From Acidobacteriota bacterium (GTDB lineage: Bacteria > Acidobacteriota > Aminicenantia > Aminicenantales > Saccharicenantaceae): a stretch of 64,000 nt of DNA. The stretch spans positions 1,130-65,129 of the forward strand of contig JAKPCG010000106.1 in assembly GCA_029553365.1 (NCBI GenBank). Reading direction: 5' to 3'. This document shows, piece after piece, positions 59,245-64,000 of this stretch; positions within the stretch are counted from its first letter, which is position 1, and each line of letters opens with the position of its first letter. The notes under the pieces were generated by a model. That model did not search any database and was not told where the DNA came from. It saw only the letters and a list, made by a program, of their open reading frames with translations. Made by a program: the position numbers and the translations under genes.

Positions 59245-60924
59245 TCAGAAGCTGTTGGTAAAGGATTTGAGCTTCCGGCTGCGGGTGGGGTGTTTCAACT
59301 TTCTCAGAGCTTTGGCTTCAATCTGTCTGATACGCTCTCTGGTGACTTTAAATTGCTGCCCAACCTCTTCCAGGGTATGTTCGTTACCATCGCCCAGGCC
59401 GAAGCGCATCTTCAGAACACGTCCCTCCCGATCGGTTAGAGTTTTCAGAGCTTCCTCAATGTGTTCACGGAGGCTCTGGTGGATGACGGCCTCAGGCGGG
59501 GAAGGCAGAATTTTGTCTTCAATGAAATCACCCAGATGGCTGTCTTCTTCCTCGCCGATGGGCGTTTCGAGAGAAATTGGCTCCTGAGCAATTTTAATGA
59601 TTTTCCTCACTTTGCTAACCGGCATATCCATTTTTTTAGCGATTTCTTCACAGCTTGGTTCCCGTCCCAGCTCCTGGACTAATTGCCGGCTGACTCTGAC
59701 CAGTTTGTTAATGGTCTCTATCATATGGACGGGGATTCTGATAGTTCTGGCCTGGTCGGCAATAGCCCGGGTAATGGCCTGCCTGATCCACCAGGTGGCG
59801 TAAGTGGAAAATTTATAGCCGCGGCGGTACTCAAATTTATCCACTGCCTTCATCAGGCCCATATTGCCTTCCTGGATTAAATCAAGAAATTGCAGCCCAC
59901 GGTTACTGTACTTTTTAGCTATTGACACGACCAGTCTTAAGTTGGCTTCAACTAGCTGTTTTTTGGCCTGTTCACTGGTACTTTTCCCCATCGTGATAGT
60001 TCTGACTGCTTTCTTGAGAGCAGCCGAATCGAGCCCGACTTCCTTCTCCAGTTTTTTAATTTCCTGGTTTATCTTTTTGATTTCATTTTCGGTTGATTTT
60101 CTCTCCCGTCCCTGCCTGGCGGCAGCTTTGCGGACGGCCTGGATTTTCCCTCTGGACTGACCAGAGGTCTCCTTCTTTCGCGACAGGGAAGTCTTAAGCT
60201 GCTCCCGCCTGTACTCCAGTTCGTTCATTTCTCTTAACCTGTCCTTGAGCTGCTCAATCACCACCTCTCTCAGGCTGGGCTGCAGATTGAGATCCCTGAT
60301 TAACTGGCTTATCCTGATAATCAACCGTCCGCGGGCAAAATTATATTTTTTGCTTTTGGGCAGACTGTCCACTTTCTGGCTGAGGTCTCTGATGACTTCT
60401 ATTTTCTCTATCAGTTCTTTCTGCTTTTCAGCCAGCTTATCTTCAGCTACTTCTTCATCATTAAAATCAAAATATTTCTGAATAGTTTCAGGATAATCGG
60501 TTATCCTTTGTTCTATTTCCAGCAGATAATTGAGGACCAGTCTGGTTTTGGACAGAGCCTTAATAATAGCCTTTTCCCCCCGCTCAATTTCGCGAGCAAT
60601 GGAAATTTCTCCCTCTCTGGTCAACAGGGGAATATTGCCCATCTCCCGCAGGTATAATTTTACCGGGTCAGTTGTTCGTTCCAGGCCATGAAGGCAGGCG
60701 GTGTTTTTTTTGTGGGAAAAAGACAGAATTTCTCTTTGCTGAGAGTCGAGGATTTTGATTCCATAACTATCCATTGACGATAGAAAGTTATCAAAATCAT
60801 CTTCAGGCCCGATTTCGTCAGAAAAAGTCTGGTCGATCTCTTCCCACGATAGAAAACCTTGCCTTTTGCCTTTGGAGATTAACTGGCTGATTTCTTCTTT
60901 CTGATATTTTTCATCAGATGCCAC
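59245..60924 (-). CDS. rpoD: RNA polymerase primary sigma factor (sigma-70)
   Basis: Regions 1.2-4 present: [54 protein letters not shown]; [24 protein letters not shown]. Confidence 0.95.
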   Translation of the reverse strand: MASDEKYQKEEISQLISKGKRQGFLSWEEIDQTFSDEIGPEDDFDNFLSSMDSYGIKILDSQQREILSFSHKKNTACLHGLERTTDPVKLYLREMGNIPLLTREGEISIAREIERGEKAIIKALSKTRLVLNYLLEIEQRITDYPETIQKYFDFNDEEVAEDKLAEKQKELIEKIEVIRDLSQKVDSLPKSKKYNFARGRLIIRISQLIRDLNLQPSLREVVIEQLKDRLREMNELEYRREQLKTSLSRKKETSGQSRGKIQAVRKAAARQGRERKSTENEIKKINQEIKKLEKEVGLDSAALKKAVRTITMGKSTSEQAKKQLVEANLRLVVSIAKKYSNRGLQFLDLIQEGNMGLMKAVDKFEYRRGYKFSTYATWWIRQAITRAIADQARTIRIPVHMIETINKLVRVSRQLVQELGREPSCEEIAKKMDMPVSKVRKIIKIAQEPISLETPIGEEEDSHLGDFIEDKILPSPPEAVIHQSLREHIEEALKTLTDREGRVLKMRFGLGDGNEHTLEEVGQQFKVTRERIRQIEAKALRKLKHPTRSRKLKSFTNSF

Positions 60925-60992
60925 CTTGAAACCTCCTCCTGGTGCCGGCTGGCAACTTTTTTTATTTAAATTTTTATTTATATAGCTAACTC

Positions 60993-62720
60993 TTAGAGAG
61001 TTAATATTTGCCTGGTAATTTCATGCTTCTGATAGAGCAGGGCAGTTAGCTTCTCCTTATCTCCTCTCTTCTCACTTAAGGTTATTTCTCTCTGGATTTC
61101 CTTCAGTTTTTTCTGCAAGCTAACTTTTCTCAGTGTATTGAGGCAATCCAGGGCCTCGCCCAGAGAGCCAGCTGGAACCTCTTCCTGGAGAGTTCTGGAT
61201 AGATGACTGAGGAGACCAGGCTTAATTGTACCCTGCAGCTGGCTAAAGTCCAGGGCCTGGCCGCTTTTAAGGGACTCGCAGAGGCAACGGAAGACGGGTT
61301 CACTGGGGAGTCCTGCAAAGCATTCGGCCTCAAGCTCATTGGCCAGGGGCAGCAACAATTCCGGTTGGTTGAACAGCAGCTGCAACAGTCTCTTTTCGGC
61401 CGGGCAGAATAATTCTTCCTCTTCCCGGCTGGTTTTGGGCTGCGCCACCCTTGACTCGGCTTCAATTATTTTCCTGAGCAAACTCTCGTCAATCTGGAGG
61501 AACTCGGCTGTCTGCTGAAGATATTCGCTTTGAACGAGAGGATCGGGCAGGCGCTTTATTTCGTCTATAATCGTTCTCGCTACACGGCTTTTTTCTTCAG
61601 CTATACCGAGATCAACATTTCTGGTGTAATGACGAAGCAAAAAATGGAAACCGTCATAGCTTTTCTTGATCAGCTGCCGGTATCTGTCCGGACCATGTTT
61701 TCTTAGATACCCATCCGGGTCGAGCTTTTCAGGCAAAAGCAAAACCCTCGTTCTCAGACCATGTTCGAGGCACAGAGGTACAGCCCTCAAAGCGGCCTTA
61801 ATTCCGGCTTCATCGCCATCATAGTTAATAATGATGCTGGCCGCATAACGCCTGGCCTGGGCTATTTGCTGAGGAGTAAGGCTGGTGCCCATCGAGGCGG
61901 CAATATTCCTGATACCAGCCTGATAGAGTGAAGCAAAATCAGCATAGCCTTCGACGAGAACGAGTTCTCCCACCTTTCTGATCTCTTCTTTGGTGAAGTT
62001 GAGACCATAAAGCAGGCTGCCTTTAACGAAAGTCTGAGTCTCAGGGGAATTGAGGTATTTGGGTTGAGCCTCAAAGATGGTTCTACCACCAAAGGCCACC
62101 ACCCGACCGGTCAAAGTGAAAATAGGAAAAATAATCCGTCCTCGGAAACGGTCACGAAATTCTCCGCCCTTTTGGCTGCGTAGAATCAAACCAGCTTTTT
62201 CCAGATCCAGCGGGCTGTAACTGGTTTTAAAGGCATTATAGAGTGAATCCCACGAATTTAAAGCATAACCGAGCCTGAGTTTTCTGATCGTCTCTTCCGA
62301 GAACTGGCGTCCTTTCAGATAATTAAGAGCTTCCTGCCCTTCAGGCATTTCCCACAGATTATGTCTGAACCAGGCCAGGGCTTTCTCATTTATTTCGAAA
62401 ATTTTTTCTTCCAGGCGGGTCTGACTGGAAGTCTGGTGGCTTTCCGGCCAGGGTAGATGATATCTATCAGCCAGAAATCTAACGGCCTCAGGAAAGGTCA
62501 GGTTTTCTTTTTCCATAATAAGAGAAAAAAGATCGCCACCGGCTCCGCAGCCGAAGCAGTGAAATAGCTGTTTTTCTTCGTCAACCGTAAAGGAAGGAGT
62601 CTTCTCGGAATGAAAAGGACAGAGTCCAACCCATTTTTTTCCTCTTTTTTTGAGGGTAGTATACTGCGAGGCTATTTCAACTATAGAAGCAACCTGTTTT
62701 ATTTTTTCGGTTATTTCCAT
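60993..62720 (-). CDS. dnaG: DNA primase DnaG
   Basis: Zinc-binding domain [30 protein letters not shown]; Toprim domain ([17 protein letters not shown]). Confidence 0.9.
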   Translation of the reverse strand: MEITEKIKQVASIVEIASQYTTLKKRGKKWVGLCPFHSEKTPSFTVDEEKQLFHCFGCGAGGDLFSLIMEKENLTFPEAVRFLADRYHLPWPESHQTSSQTRLEEKIFEINEKALAWFRHNLWEMPEGQEALNYLKGRQFSEETIRKLRLGYALNSWDSLYNAFKTSYSPLDLEKAGLILRSQKGGEFRDRFRGRIIFPIFTLTGRVVAFGGRTIFEAQPKYLNSPETQTFVKGSLLYGLNFTKEEIRKVGELVLVEGYADFASLYQAGIRNIAASMGTSLTPQQIAQARRYAASIIINYDGDEAGIKAALRAVPLCLEHGLRTRVLLLPEKLDPDGYLRKHGPDRYRQLIKKSYDGFHFLLRHYTRNVDLGIAEEKSRVARTIIDEIKRLPDPLVQSEYLQQTAEFLQIDESLLRKIIEAESRVAQPKTSREEEELFCPAEKRLLQLLFNQPELLLPLANELEAECFAGLPSEPVFRCLCESLKSGQALDFSQLQGTIKPGLLSHLSRTLQEEVPAGSLGEALDCLNTLRKVSLQKKLKEIQREITLSEKRGDKEKLTALLYQKHEITRQILTL

Positions 62721-62817
62721 CAGCCGAAAACTGGCCTGCCTTTTTTATATAAAATAGTTTCGAGGCTGCTTGTTGTCAAGAAGCCGACCTCAAATAAACT
62801 ATTTTTTTCCTTCAGTT

Positions 62818-63564
62818 TCATTCTAAATGGTTAATCAAGCTGGCCAGGTAACCAGCGCCAAAGCCATTGTCAATGTTGACCACGGCTACTCCGCCCGGAC
62901 AGGAGTTAAGCATGGCCAGAAGGGCAGCCAGGCCATGAAAGCTGGCCCCGTAGCCCACACTGGTTGGGACCGCTATAACGGGCGCCTTGACCAGACCGGC
63001 GACCACACTGGGTAGCGCCCCTTCCAGGCCGGCTACAGCGATGATTATCCGGGCCTGCTGTAGCTCATCATAATGACTCAAAAGGCGGTGCAAACCGGCT
63101 ACTCCCACATCAAAAATTTTGATGACATCGTTGCCCAGAAAATCACAGGTGACCGCAGCTTCTTCCGCTACCGGAATATCGGAAGTGCCGGCGGTCAGGA
63201 TGGCTATAGGGCCTCGTCCGGCTGCCGGCTTCTTTTTAATTACAGTCAGTGAGCGGGCCAGCTCATTATATTTACCCTGAGGCAACTGCCTTTTAAGGTC
63301 CTTATAAGCTTCCACTGACAGTCTGGTAATTAGCAGATTACTCCCTTTTTTCAGGATTGACCGGCTGATCTGGAGAATCTGCCGGGTTGTTTTCCCCTGG
63401 CCGAAAACGACTTCAGGTGTGCCCCGGCGCAACTCCCGGGCATGATCGACCTTGGCAAAGTCCAGATCTTCATAAGGAAATCCGTTTAGTTTCTGTAAGG
63501 CTTGCTCGGGAGTGAGCTTTTGCTGATAAAGATTTTCTAAGATCTCAGTCAGAAGCACTTTCAC
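62818..63564 (-). CDS. larB: PurE-like (AIR-carboxylase fold) protein, probably nickel-pincer cofactor biosynthesis protein LarB
   Basis: N-terminal DLDFAKVDHARELRRGTPEVVFGQGKT and PurE-like core GPIAILTAGTSDIPVAEEAAV...VIAVAGLEGALPSVVAGL. No larA, larC or larE nearby. Confidence 0.55.
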   Translation of the reverse strand: MKVLLTEILENLYQQKLTPEQALQKLNGFPYEDLDFAKVDHARELRRGTPEVVFGQGKTTRQILQISRSILKKGSNLLITRLSVEAYKDLKRQLPQGKYNELARSLTVIKKKPAAGRGPIAILTAGTSDIPVAEEAAVTCDFLGNDVIKIFDVGVAGLHRLLSHYDELQQARIIIAVAGLEGALPSVVAGLVKAPVIAVPTSVGYGASFHGLAALLAMLNSCPGGVAVVNIDNGFGAGYLASLINHLE

Positions 63565-63771
63565 TTTTTAATTCTAACATAAAAAAACCTGAATGGTAGT
63601 CTCGACACCGGTTTTTTTTGCCGGGAAGTTGCTGTACCTATTTTCTGCCCAAAGGCGGAGATTACAGTCTAAAAAGACTATATTAAGTAAATATCGCCGG
63701 TCAAACTTGTCAAATTGCCCGGGCTTATTGTAAAATACCTCCGATTTAACCTTTGGTGGTCAGGAGAACAA

Positions 63772-64000
63772 GGTGAGCGAACTCAAGAAAAAGGATGATT
63801 ATCAGAAAGCCCTCAGTCTTTACAGTCAGGGAATAAAAGATTTTCGCCGACGGGACCTGGAGAAAGCTGTTTCTTCTTTCGAAAGCCTGATAGAGAAGTT
63901 TCCAGAAGAGCATGAACTGGTGGACAGAGCACGCGTTTATCTTACCATCTGCCAGAAAAGCCAGAAAAAGGAATCAGTTAACCTGAAGACGGTCGAAGAC
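63772..64000 (+). CDS. Hypothetical TPR-like protein, 5' part only (runs off the window end); GTG start
   Basis: AGGAGA RBS, then GTG. Translation ...DDYQKALSLYSQGIKDFRRRDLEKAVSSFESLIEKFPEEHELVDRARVYL is TPR-like. Upstream candidate promoter TTGTCA-18-TAAAAT at 63702-63731. Confidence 0.35.

Overview
This 64 kb window appears to be a single bacterial chromosome at about 48% GC. Genes are tightly packed and several candidate sigma70-type promoters fit the same TTGACT/TTGACA-17-TATATT/TAAAAT pattern, with AGGAGG-like ribosome-binding sites. The content is overwhelmingly core housekeeping. From start to end: the 3' end of priA; a coaD-pilMNOPQ-lipoprotein operon on the minus strand (type IV pilus secretin complex); a phosphohexomutase; an ftsB-like gene; sppA; a 603-aa exported hypothetical; an RRM RNA-binding protein; an ECF sigma/anti-sigma cassette with two exported proteins that share a novel C-terminal module; a LeuB/Icd-family dehydrogenase; tsaB-rimI; truA; a TIGR00725/LOG-like protein; an orphan MglA-like GTPase with a long C-terminal tail; comM; an amino-acid permease; and a HutI-family amidohydrolase translationally coupled to ftsZ. 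Then comes a complete minus-strand division and cell-wall cluster (mraZ-rsmH-ftsL-ftsI-murE-murF-mraY-murD-ftsW-murG-murC-ftsQ-ftsA-ftsZ, with no murB or ddl) with a recognisable promoter and MraZ-box-like repeats. After that: a NUDIX-DUF2007 fusion; an archaeal-type bifunctional FBP aldolase/phosphatase; an M23 peptidase; pssA-psd; two paralogous M28 peptidases flanking a small block (cyclophilin, a decayed RND-transporter remnant, a beta-barrel OMP); gyrB-gyrA; and a minus-strand macromolecular-synthesis operon variant (larB-like, dnaG, rpoD, tRNA-Met(CAU), zinc-ribbon coiled-coil protein). I see no CRISPR array, transposase, integrase or obvious defence island. The most likely undescribed system is the ECF sigma cassette with its paired exported paralog-domain proteins, followed by the orphan MglA-like GTPase. 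All calls come from reading the translations and sequence motifs by eye; no database searches were run.
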